From contig NC_016803.1 of the NCBI RefSeq assembly GCF_000189295.2, positions 360,001 through 392,000 of the forward strand: a stretch of DNA of 32,000 nucleotides, written 5' to 3'. Under the pieces are notes generated by a model. The model saw only the letters and a program-made list of their open reading frames with translations, did no database searches and was not told where the DNA came from. This document shows positions 17,735 through 25,606 of the stretch, one piece after another (position 1 is the first letter of the stretch; every line of letters starts with the position of its first letter). Both the position numbers and the translations under genes were made by a program. The stretch is from Pseudodesulfovibrio mercurii (GTDB lineage Bacteria; Desulfobacterota; Desulfovibrionia; Desulfovibrionales; Desulfovibrionaceae).

Positions 17735-19039
17735 ATGAACGACAAGCATTACGGACCCCAGACAATCGCCCTGCACGCGGGACATACCCCGGACCCCACC
17801 GGCTCCCGCGCCGTGCCCATATATCAGACCACCGCCTACCTGTTCCGCGACACCGAGCATGCGACCAACCTGTTCGCCCTCAAGGAGCCGGGCTACATCT
17901 ACACCCGGCTGAACAACCCGACCACGGACGTGCTCGAAAAGCGGCTGGCCGCCCTGCACGGCGGGGCCGGGGCCATCGCCACGGCCAGCGGCATGGCCGC
18001 CATCTTCTACGCGGTGGCGACCATCGCCTCCGCCGGGCAGAACATCGTCACCGGCTCCAACCTGTACGGCGGGACCCAGACCCTGTTCGAGCACACCCTG
18101 AAGCGGTTCGGCATCGAGGCCCGCTTCGTGGATTCGAGCGACCCGGCCAACTTTGCGGCGGCCATCGACGAGAACACCCGGCTGGTCTATTCCGAGGCCA
18201 TCGGCAATCCGCGCTGCAACGTGGACGACCTGCTCGGCATCGCCAAGGCGGCCCACGATCACGGGGTGCCGTTTATCCTCGACGCCACCGTGGCCCCGCC
18301 GCCCATCTTCAATCCCTTCGATTTCGGCTGCGACATCGCGGTCTACTCCCTGACCAAGATCGTGGGCGGCCACGGCACGGCCATGGGCGGGGCCATCGTG
18401 GAGAAGGGCGACTTCGACTGGGCGGCCGGGGGCCGGTATCCGGAGCTGACCGCGCCGGACCCGACCTACCACGGCATGAACCTGTGGGAGGCCCTGGGCG
18501 GCCCGTCGGGCGCGCCGTGCCCCGTGTTCACCACCAAGGTGCGCATCGGCATGCTGCGCGACACGGGCGCGACCATCGCCCCGCAGAACAGCTTTCTGAT
18601 CCTCCAGGGCATGGAGACCCTGCCCCTGCGCGCCCGCCAGCACTGCGAGAACGCCCGCAAGGTGGCCGAGTTCCTGGAAGGGCACTATGCGGTGGAGTGG
18701 GTCAACTACGCGGGCCTGCCGAGCCACCCCGACTTCGACCGGGCCAAGAACACCTTCCCCCTGGGACCGGGCGCGGTCTTCGGCTTTGGGGTCAGGGGCG
18801 GGCTCGAGGCGGGCCGCAAGTTCATCGAGTCCGTGGAGCTCTGCTCCCACCTGGCCAACATCCTCGACGCCAAGACCCTGGTCATCCACCCGGCGTCCAC
18901 CACCCACGGCCAGTCCACCCCCGAAGAGCAGGCCGCCGCCGGCGTCCCCCTGGACCTGGTGCGCATCTCCGTGGGGTTGGAGGACGCCGACGACATCATC
19001 GACGACCTGGATCGGGCGTTGGCGCTGTCGCAACGGTAG
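17735..19039 (+). CDS. metY: O-acetylhomoserine aminocarboxypropyltransferase / sulfhydrylase (PLP-dependent)
   Basis: Motifs IYQTTAY, YTRLNNPT and SLTKIVGGHG (PLP lysine), with a C-terminal RISVGLED. ATG at 17735 with AAGGAG 7 nt upstream. The in-frame upstream extension is Arg-rich noise. Confidence 0.93.
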   Translation: MNDKHYGPQTIALHAGHTPDPTGSRAVPIYQTTAYLFRDTEHATNLFALKEPGYIYTRLNNPTTDVLEKRLAALHGGAGAIATASGMAAIFYAVATIASAGQNIVTGSNLYGGTQTLFEHTLKRFGIEARFVDSSDPANFAAAIDENTRLVYSEAIGNPRCNVDDLLGIAKAAHDHGVPFILDATVAPPPIFNPFDFGCDIAVYSLTKIVGGHGTAMGGAIVEKGDFDWAAGGRYPELTAPDPTYHGMNLWEALGGPSGAPCPVFTTKVRIGMLRDTGATIAPQNSFLILQGMETLPLRARQHCENARKVAEFLEGHYAVEWVNYAGLPSHPDFDRAKNTFPLGPGAVFGFGVRGGLEAGRKFIESVELCSHLANILDAKTLVIHPASTTHGQSTPEEQAAAGVPLDLVRISVGLEDADDIIDDLDRALALSQR

Positions 19040-19092
19040 CCAAGGGCGTCGAAAGCGGCGCAGGAGGATTTTGCCTCTTGATATAGGGTTGA

Positions 19093-19141
19093 TGAAAGTG
19101 TACCTTTATGCATCTTAATGTTGCAGGAAGGTACACTTTCA
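19093..19141 (+). promoter_or_regulatory. Perfect 14-bp inverted repeat spanning the promoter/RBS/start of the M48 protease gene
   Basis: TGAAAGTGTACCTT (19093-19106) and AAGGTACACTTTCA (19128-19141) are separated by 21 nt. The right arm ends on the A of the ATG. Confidence 0.6.
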
Positions 19142-20217
19142 TGATTCGCCTGCCCGTTGTTTTTCTTCTTCTGTCCCTTCTCCTTTCCCTGTTTGCCGGT
19201 TGCGCTCCGGTAACGGCGCGGCCCGATGTCGATCCCGAGCTGGCGGCCAGGGAGGCCTCCATCCAGAAGCGGATGGCCGTCGAGAGCCACATGCGGAAAT
19301 TCTGGCGGCTCAGCGAAGTCTCCCTGCCCGTGCTGGAGCACGGGACCGTTCTGTGCGGCGATCGGGTGACCTACTACCTGGGCATGGACACCAACTCCAT
19401 CGACAACGTGCCCGAGGAGTGGCGGCAGGCGTACAAGGATGCCCTGGGCCTGGACGAACGCATCAAGGTTACCCGTGTTTTCGCCCATACCCCGGCGGCG
19501 GATGCCGGGTTCCAGCCCGGAGACGTCGTCCTGATGATCAACGGGCGGAAGGTGGAGACCGGGGACAAGGCCTACGTGAAGTTCGCCGGCCAGCTTCAGG
19601 AACAGCTGGATACGGGCGAAACCGTGTCCTTCTGGATCGAGCGCGACGGGGCTCCCATGGCGCTCAGCGCCATCCCGGCCGAACGGTGCGACTACGCCGT
19701 CCTCATGTCCGACGACACCGTGGTCAATGCCTACGCGGACGGGGATTCCGTGGTCGTGACCAAGGGCATGATGGATTACATCGAAAGCGACGATGAGCTG
19801 GCGTTGGTGGTGGGGCATGAGATGGGCCACAACGTGATGGGCCACATCACCAAGAAGACGGGCAACCGCATCATCGGTGCGGTGCTGGACGGCCTGCTTG
19901 CCGGGGTCACGGGCGTCTACACCAACAACTTCGCCAATGCCGCCGGGATGATGTACAGCCAGGAGTTCGAGCAGGAGGCGGACTACATGGGCGTGTATTT
20001 TATGGAGCGGGCCGGGTTCGACTCCACCGGAGCGCCGAATTTCTGGCGGCGCATGGGGGCCGACAATCCCTACGCCATCGGCCACGCCACCACGCACCCG
20101 ACGTCCGCCTACCGCTATGTCTTTCTTGAAAAGTGCTCCAAGGAAGTGAAGGAGAAAGAGAAGGAGGGCACGGAGTTGCTCCCCAACATGGCGGAGTTGA
20201 AAACCGCCTCGAAATAA
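19141..20217 (+). CDS. Probable lipoprotein, PDZ domain plus M48-family zinc metallopeptidase
   Basis: Signal/lipobox-like LLLSLFAGC. PDZ-like segment TPAADAGFQPGDVVLMINGRKV. Zinc motif HEMGH with a downstream EQEADYMG. Confidence 0.85.
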   Translation: MIRLPVVFLLLSLLLSLFAGCAPVTARPDVDPELAAREASIQKRMAVESHMRKFWRLSEVSLPVLEHGTVLCGDRVTYYLGMDTNSIDNVPEEWRQAYKDALGLDERIKVTRVFAHTPAADAGFQPGDVVLMINGRKVETGDKAYVKFAGQLQEQLDTGETVSFWIERDGAPMALSAIPAERCDYAVLMSDDTVVNAYADGDSVVVTKGMMDYIESDDELALVVGHEMGHNVMGHITKKTGNRIIGAVLDGLLAGVTGVYTNNFANAAGMMYSQEFEQEADYMGVYFMERAGFDSTGAPNFWRRMGADNPYAIGHATTHPTSAYRYVFLEKCSKEVKEKEKEGTELLPNMAELKTASK

Positions 20218-20218
20218 C

Positions 20219-20254
20219 GAAAAAGGCCCGCATCAAGCGGGCCTTCCTTTTTCC
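20219..20254. terminator. Bidirectional intrinsic terminator between the convergent M48 protease and FTR-like genes
   Basis: AAAAAGGCCCGC-ATCAA-GCGGGCCTTCCTTTTT: a 9-bp GC stem flanked by an A-run and a T-run. Confidence 0.8.
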
Positions 20255-20264
20255 TGAAGCGGAG

Positions 20265-20597
20265 CTAGAAGAGAATCTTCTCGGGCGGGCGGCGTTCCGG
20301 GACCACCTGTTTCTCGATGGTGCCGTCGTTGTATCCCTTGCTGACGTAGAGGGCGCAGAAGCAGGCTCCGTACTCCCTGACGTCGTCCTCGCGGTAGGTG
20401 CAGGGGCAGATGATGTCCTTGTCCGCCTCGTATTCGCCGTTGGCCAGCCGGCAGGGGCAGGCCATGTAGCCGAAACGCTCCTTGTTGGTCAGCAGGCTCT
20501 CCAGCAGGGGCATGGTCATGTCCATGTCCGCGTTGAAGTGGTAGCCCTTGGGCTCCTGGATCTTCTTCAGCGATTCGTAGAGCTGCTTCGCGTCCAT
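20265..20597 (-). CDS. Ferredoxin:thioredoxin reductase catalytic-subunit-like protein (ferredoxin-dependent disulfide reductase family)
   Basis: Three Cys pairs, CPC (47/49), CPC (64/66) and CFC (79/81), with FTR-like spacing. Starts 3 nt after the glutaredoxin-like gene. Confidence 0.85.
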   Translation of the reverse strand: MDAKQLYESLKKIQEPKGYHFNADMDMTMPLLESLLTNKERFGYMACPCRLANGEYEADKDIICPCTYREDDVREYGACFCALYVSKGYNDGTIEKQVVPERRPPEKILF

Positions 20598-20600
20598 GGA

Positions 20601-20852
20601 CTAGTCCTCCTTGAGGGCCGCGTCGATCTGGTCCTTGTGGAAGCCGACGATGACCTTGTCCTTGATGACGATGGTCGGGAAGGAGACCGCCGGGTTGTAT
20701 TCCTTGACCTCGTTGACGATCTGCTTGCGCTCGTCGCCGGTCAGCTGATCCACGTGGACGCATTCGTACTTCACGCCGCACTCGTCGAGGTATTTTTTGG
20801 CATTTCTGCAATGGATGCAGGTGGAGAGGGCATAGACCTTGATGTCGTTCAT
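20601..20852 (-). CDS. Glutaredoxin-like / NrdH-like thioredoxin-fold protein (CIHC active site)
   Basis: IKVYALSTCIHCRNAKKYLDE...FPTIVI...VGF is the glutaredoxin fold pattern. ATG at 20850-20852 has GGAGG 8 nt upstream. An upstream in-frame ATG at 20948 would add 32 residues with poorer GC3 codons. Confidence 0.8.
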   Translation of the reverse strand: MNDIKVYALSTCIHCRNAKKYLDECGVKYECVHVDQLTGDERKQIVNEVKEYNPAVSFPTIVIKDKVIVGFHKDQIDAALKED

Positions 20853-20954
20853 GTGAAACGCCTCCATGTCGAACTGTTTGGCGGGTGCGTCGGTTGCGGG
20901 CATTCCGTCAGGGTTTTTTCCAAACATTTTCTTCAATGACTTGAACATGTCGCA

Positions 20955-21839
20955 TCACCTGCTCAGTCTCAGTTCCAGTCTGCGGACCAGCAGGGAGCAG
21001 AGGAACGTGAGCACGAAATACATGACCAGGACCAGGGTCCAGATTTCGAAGCTCCGGTACGTGGTGGTCATGAGTTGCTGGGCCTGGAAGGTCAGCTCTT
21101 CGATGGAGATGACCGAGACGATGGCCGAGTCCTTGATTATTGATATAAACTGTCCGGCCAGGGCTGGCAACATCCGTTGCAGGGCCTGGGGCAGAATGAC
21201 GTGGACCAGGGACTGGGTGCGGGTCAGGCCGGTCCCGGCGGCCGCCTCCCACTGGCCGGGCTCCACGGACTCGATGCCCGCGCGGACTATCTCCGCGATA
21301 TAGGCCGCCTCGAACAGGGCCAGGGTGATCAGCGCGGACAGGAACCGGGGGAATCGGTTCATGGGCCCGAAGAACCAGCTCAGGGCCTCGCGCGCCCCGT
21401 CGGACAGGGCGTAGATCAAGCGCTCCACGCCGAGCAGGCTCATGATCTGGTCGCCGATGAAGAAGTAGAAGACGAAGATGAGCACCAGCGGAGGGGTGTT
21501 GCGGATGAGCCCCACGTAGACCGCGCCCACCTGGCGCTTGAACAGGCTCGGGCTGACCCGGAACAGGCCCACGACCACGCCGAGGACCATGGCTAGCAGG
21601 CCGGACCACACGGACAGCCGGATGGTGGTGAACAGCCCCTGGGTCAGCAGGCCCGGCGCCCACGAGCCGGTCCGCTCGTCGAAGCGCACCAGGAACTGCG
21701 GGAGGACCTCCCACTTCCAGTGGTAGTTGAGGCCGGTGGCGGCCTTGAACAGGATATAGCCGAAGACCCCTGCCAGGGCCGCCAGGATGACGGCGTCCGG
21801 CAGGGTGATCCTCAGGCGCTTTTTCTCGGGCAACGGCAA
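20955..21839 (-). CDS. Polar amino acid ABC transporter permease (HisM/GlnP type)
   Basis: Conserved EAA-loop region EAAYIAEIVRAGIESVEPGQWEAAAGTGLT. The only in-frame start near the 5' end is TTG at 21837-21839, with no clear SD. Confidence 0.85.
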   Translation of the reverse strand: MPLPEKKRLRITLPDAVILAALAGVFGYILFKAATGLNYHWKWEVLPQFLVRFDERTGSWAPGLLTQGLFTTIRLSVWSGLLAMVLGVVVGLFRVSPSLFKRQVGAVYVGLIRNTPPLVLIFVFYFFIGDQIMSLLGVERLIYALSDGAREALSWFFGPMNRFPRFLSALITLALFEAAYIAEIVRAGIESVEPGQWEAAAGTGLTRTQSLVHVILPQALQRMLPALAGQFISIIKDSAIVSVISIEELTFQAQQLMTTTYRSFEIWTLVLVMYFVLTFLCSLLVRRLELRLSR

Positions 21840-21852
21840 TGGATCGGTCCGG

Positions 21853-22713
21853 CTACTGAATCTGGCTTTCCCAGTTGTTGGTGAAGAACCAGTATTCGTA
21901 ACGGTTTTGCAGCCAGCCCTTGCTCATGGTCACGCGGACCCAGTTGTTCAGCCAGTTCAGGAAGTCCAGGTCGCCCTTCTTCACGGCAAAGGCGATGGGC
22001 TCGCGGGTGAAGTCGTCCTTGAGGGGCAGGAAGAGCTGGTCCGCGTACTCCTTGGACAGGGTCAGGGGCAGCGGGTTGGAGGCGACCACGGCGTGGACGC
22101 GCTCGTTGAGCAGCTCCTGGATGGTCTGGGACTCCTCGTCGAAGAACAGGATCTTGGCCTGGGGCAGGAAGTTCTTGGCCGCCTCGGCCGCGGTGGTGCC
22201 GAGCCGCACGGCGATGGTCGTGCCGGGGTTGTTGAAGTCCTCGATGGAGGCGCGGCCCTCGGCGAGCTTCCTGCTGGCCACGATGGACATGCCCGAATAC
22301 TCGTAGGGCAGGGAGAAGTTGACCTTGAGGTTGCGCTGGGGCGTGACGGACATGCCGCCGATGATGATGTCGAACTTGCCGGTCAGGAGCGCCGGGATGA
22401 TGCCGGACCACTTGGTGGGCACGAACTCGACCTTGACGCCCATGTCCTTGGCCAGCTGCCGGGCCACCTCGATCTCGAAGCCGATGTAGTCGCCGTTTTT
22501 GTCCTTCATGGCCCAGGGCTTGAAGGTGTCGAAACCGACGCGGATGGTGCCGCGTTTGAGGATGACGTCGAGCTGGCTGCCGGTTGCCGGGGCCTCGGCG
22601 GTCGCCGCCGGTGCGGTCTTGTCCGATTTTGGCTGGATGGGTTCCTGGCTGCACCCGAAGGCGGATGCGAGCAGGAGGAAAAGTGTGGCGGTGGCCAGGA
22701 TGCGGAATTTCAT
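21853..22713 (-). CDS. Polar amino acid ABC transporter substrate-binding protein, probable lipoprotein
   Basis: Signal peptide with LLASAFGC. Family-3 SBP pattern (TIRVGFDTFKPWAMKD...GFEIEVA...GKFDIIIGGMS). AAGGAG RBS before the ATG at 22713. Confidence 0.9.
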   Translation of the reverse strand: MKFRILATATLFLLLASAFGCSQEPIQPKSDKTAPAATAEAPATGSQLDVILKRGTIRVGFDTFKPWAMKDKNGDYIGFEIEVARQLAKDMGVKVEFVPTKWSGIIPALLTGKFDIIIGGMSVTPQRNLKVNFSLPYEYSGMSIVASRKLAEGRASIEDFNNPGTTIAVRLGTTAAEAAKNFLPQAKILFFDEESQTIQELLNERVHAVVASNPLPLTLSKEYADQLFLPLKDDFTREPIAFAVKKGDLDFLNWLNNWVRVTMSKGWLQNRYEYWFFTNNWESQIQ

Positions 22714-22755
22714 GGGGTTCTCCTTGGTCGGCGTGTCAGGCGCCGGGTCAAAGGG

Positions 22756-22851
22756 TTATTTACAGGATTCCTGGGCAAACGTGACGTGAGACACGCCGAG
22801 AATGGCGATTATGATCTCGCCGTCGATCTTCGCAGCTCTCCAAATGGTCAT
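22756..22851 (-). CDS. Candidate 31-aa small ORF (MTIWRAAKIDGEIIIAILGVSHVTFAQESCK) between permease and SBP genes
   Basis: ATG at 22849-22851 is preceded by AAAGGAG with an 8-nt spacer. It ends in TAA, 42 nt before the SBP ATG. I recognise no homology. Confidence 0.3.
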   Translation of the reverse strand: MTIWRAAKIDGEIIIAILGVSHVTFAQESCK

Positions 22852-22871
22852 ATGACGAGCTCCTTTTGGGG

Positions 22872-23687
22872 TCAGGCCCTGAGGCCGTTGAACCGTCGCT
22901 CCAGCAGCCGGACCACCCCGGACAGGGCCAGGGTGACCGCGAGGTAGATGGCGGCGACGGTGAACCATATCTCAAACGTCAAAAATGTTTCCGCGTCGAT
23001 CATGCGTCCGCGCTGGGTCAGGTCCAGGATGGCGATGGTCGAGACCAGGGCCGAGTCCTTGACCAGGGACACGGCCTGGCTGGTCAGGGGCGGCAGCACG
23101 CGCCGCACGGCCTGGGGCAGGATGATGTGCCGGTACATGGCGTACGGCCCCATGCCCAGGCTCTTGGCGGCCTCCCACTGGCCCTTGTCGATGGAGGTGA
23201 TGCCCGCCCGGAATATCTCCGAGGCGTAGGCCCCCTCGAACAGGCTCAGCGCGATGACCGCCGAGCGGAAGGCCGAGATGTCCAGGATGGGCGCGACGAC
23301 GAAATAGATGAAGAATATCTGGATGAGCAGGGGGGTGTTGCGGATCAGCTCCATGTACGCCCTGGCCACGCCCCGGGCCGCCCAGGAGGCGGACATGCGC
23401 ATCAGGGCCGTGGTCAGGCCGATGACCAGCATGAGGACCATGCTGACGCCCGTGATCCGGAAGGTCACTCCCAGCCCCTCCATGAGCGGCCCCCAGGTGA
23501 AGCCCTGGTCCGTGACCGTCCAGAGGTATTGCGGGATGCGGTACCACTGCCAGTTGTAGCCCAGCCGCTGGGAGCCCAGGATGAGCAGCCAGACGACGGC
23601 GGCCAGGAGGAGCAGGGTTTTGGTCGTGTCCGCCAGGGCGGAAAGGGGCAGGGGCCCGATCTTCTTGTGCAGGAATTCAGCCGACAT
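22872..23687 (-). CDS. Polar amino acid ABC transporter permease (HisQ/GlnP type)
   Basis: EAA-loop FEGAYASEIFRAGITSIDKGQWEAAKSLGM. Start taken at ATG 23685-23687 (MSAEFL...). An upstream ATG at 23744 is possible. Confidence 0.85.
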   Translation of the reverse strand: MSAEFLHKKIGPLPLSALADTTKTLLLLAAVVWLLILGSQRLGYNWQWYRIPQYLWTVTDQGFTWGPLMEGLGVTFRITGVSMVLMLVIGLTTALMRMSASWAARGVARAYMELIRNTPLLIQIFFIYFVVAPILDISAFRSAVIALSLFEGAYASEIFRAGITSIDKGQWEAAKSLGMGPYAMYRHIILPQAVRRVLPPLTSQAVSLVKDSALVSTIAILDLTQRGRMIDAETFLTFEIWFTVAAIYLAVTLALSGVVRLLERRFNGLRA

Positions 23688-23801
23688 GCGGTTCCGGTTC
23701 TTGGGTTGGTGAAAGGGGAACAACCGCTGTTCTGGTTGCACCATAACACAATACCCGGAGTTTTCCAGGAACTATTGTGCAAAAAGAGACCGGGAAGGGG
23801 A

Positions 23802-24443
23802 TCAGGCCGCGCCGTCCCCGCACGCCTCGATGACCGCCCTGATCTGGTCGAAGACCTGGTCCGGGGTCCCGGCGGCATCGACCACGCTCATGCGCCTGTG
23901 GTTGAGGGCCGCCCAGGTCAGGTAGCCCTCGCGGATGCGCTTGTGGAAGGACAGGTGCTCGGCCTCGAACCGGCCTTCCTCCTTGGCCTTGCCGTCCTCG
24001 ATGTTGCGCAGGGTGGCCCGCTTCAGGCCGATCTCCGGGTCGATGTCCAGGACGATGGTCAGGTCCGGCCACAGGCCGTTGACGGCCACCTCGTTGAGCT
24101 CCCGGAGCATGGAGGTGTCCAGGCCGCGCCCGTAGCCCTGGTAGACGATGGTCGAGTCGGCGAACCGGTCGCACAGGACCACCTTGCCCGCGGCCAGGGC
24201 GGGGCGGATGACCTGACCCACGTGCTGGGCGCGGTCCGCCAGGTAGAGGAAGAGCTCCGTGATGGGCGTGATCTCCCGGTTGTCTACGTGCAGGAGCATC
24301 TTGCGCAGCTCGACGCCGATGCGGCTGCCGCCCGGCTCGAGCGTCAGGAGGACCTCCCGGCCGCGGGCCTCGAAGTAGTCCCGGACGCGGCCGATCTGCG
24401 TGGATTTGCCGGTACCCTCTATGCCTTCAAAGGTAATAAACAT
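23802..24443 (-). CDS. tmk: dTMP (thymidylate) kinase
   Basis: [16 protein letters not shown]-loop at the N-terminus, then the DRF and YQG motifs. GGAGAA RBS. The start lies 25 nt inside the upstream gene. Confidence 0.93.
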   Translation of the reverse strand: MFITFEGIEGTGKSTQIGRVRDYFEARGREVLLTLEPGGSRIGVELRKMLLHVDNREITPITELFLYLADRAQHVGQVIRPALAAGKVVLCDRFADSTIVYQGYGRGLDTSMLRELNEVAVNGLWPDLTIVLDIDPEIGLKRATLRNIEDGKAKEEGRFEAEHLSFHKRIREGYLTWAALNHRRMSVVDAAGTPDQVFDQIRAVIEACGDGAA

Positions 24444-25459
24444 TGATTCTCCGCTTTCGCGTTCTGCTTTTTGGCGTTGTCCGGGGTCGGCTCGGGCCGG
24501 AACACGTTGCGCTCCAGGAAGCGCATGTAGGGCGACCAGGTCGCGCCGGTCTTGTCCATGTCGGCGTAGGCCTGGTCGATGATGTTCAGCTTGGCGTCCA
24601 TGTTGTCCGCGAAGTGCAGGACAAAGGCCTCGGGGGTCTTGGGCCGCACCGGGGAGCCGAACTCGTGCTCGCCGTGGTGGCTGGTGATGAGGTGCTTGAG
24701 GTGCAGCTTGAGGCCTTCCTCCAGGCGGGGGCAGCGGGCCAGGAACGGCTCCAGCTTCTCCATGCCGAGCTGGATGTGGCCGAACAGCCGCCCCTCGTCG
24801 GTGTAGTCGTTGGCCAGGCCGCCGGACAGCTCCCAGGCCTTGCCCAGGTCGTGGAAGATGGCCCCGGCCAGCAGGGTCTGGCGGTCCAGGTCGGGGTAGA
24901 CGTCGCACAGGGCCATGCACGCCCGGGCCACGCCCAGGGTGTGTTCGAGCAGGCCGCCCACGTAGGCGTGGTGCACGGTCTTGGCGCCGGGCGCGGTCAG
25001 CAGCCGGGCGCGGATCTCCTCGTTGCACAACACCTTGCGGCATAAGGTCTTCCACGGCTTGTGGCGCATGTGCTCGGTGACCAGGTCCTCCAGCGCCTCC
25101 ATCAGCACCTCGGGCGGGGTGGCGGAGGCGGGCAGGAAGTCGGACAGGTCCGTGCCGGGGGCGAAGCCTTCGAACACGTCCATCTGATCGACCTTGAGCT
25201 GGTTCCTGTCGCGGTAGCTCTCCACGAAGCCGCGCACCCGGACCGGGCAGCCCGGTTCGAGAACGGGGTATTCCAGGCTCTTCGGACTCCATATCTTGCC
25301 GTCGATGGTCCCGGTGGCGTCCTGGAAGGTGAGGTTCCAGTAGGGGCCGTTCTTGGACTGGGCCTGGTTGGCCCCGGCCAGGAGAAAGAGGTCGTCCACG
25401 GCCTGGCCCGGTGACAGAGACTGGATATATTGCGACTTTTTGCCCACTGATCTTGCCAT
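24419..25459 (-). CDS. OB-fold plus HD-domain 3'-5' exoribonuclease, YhaM-like
   Basis: N-terminal OB-fold ([21 protein letters not shown]) is followed by an HD domain ([24 protein letters not shown]). ATG at 25457-25459. Confidence 0.85.
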   Translation of the reverse strand: MARSVGKKSQYIQSLSPGQAVDDLFLLAGANQAQSKNGPYWNLTFQDATGTIDGKIWSPKSLEYPVLEPGCPVRVRGFVESYRDRNQLKVDQMDVFEGFAPGTDLSDFLPASATPPEVLMEALEDLVTEHMRHKPWKTLCRKVLCNEEIRARLLTAPGAKTVHHAYVGGLLEHTLGVARACMALCDVYPDLDRQTLLAGAIFHDLGKAWELSGGLANDYTDEGRLFGHIQLGMEKLEPFLARCPRLEEGLKLHLKHLITSHHGEHEFGSPVRPKTPEAFVLHFADNMDAKLNIIDQAYADMDKTGATWSPYMRFLERNVFRPEPTPDNAKKQNAKAENQCLLPLKA

Positions 25460-25606
25460 TGGATTGATGTTGAGGTACCCCGCCCATACACGTATCGTAT
25501 ACGTATGCACGGGAAACGGACCGGCGCGGAAGTTGCGCGGCCCGCTCAGGGTTATGAACCTGATTTCATACGTATTGTCAAATCCTAGCTTGCAGGCGGA
25601 GACGCG

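Noticed and set aside
20853-20948. 32-residue N-terminal extension of the glutaredoxin-like protein (start at ATG 20948)
   Set aside because: The extension uses noticeably more A/T-ending codons than the rest of the gene. The ATG at 20852 has a GGAGG at ideal spacing and gives a typical roughly 83-aa glutaredoxin. The longer form is not excluded and is kept as an alternative.
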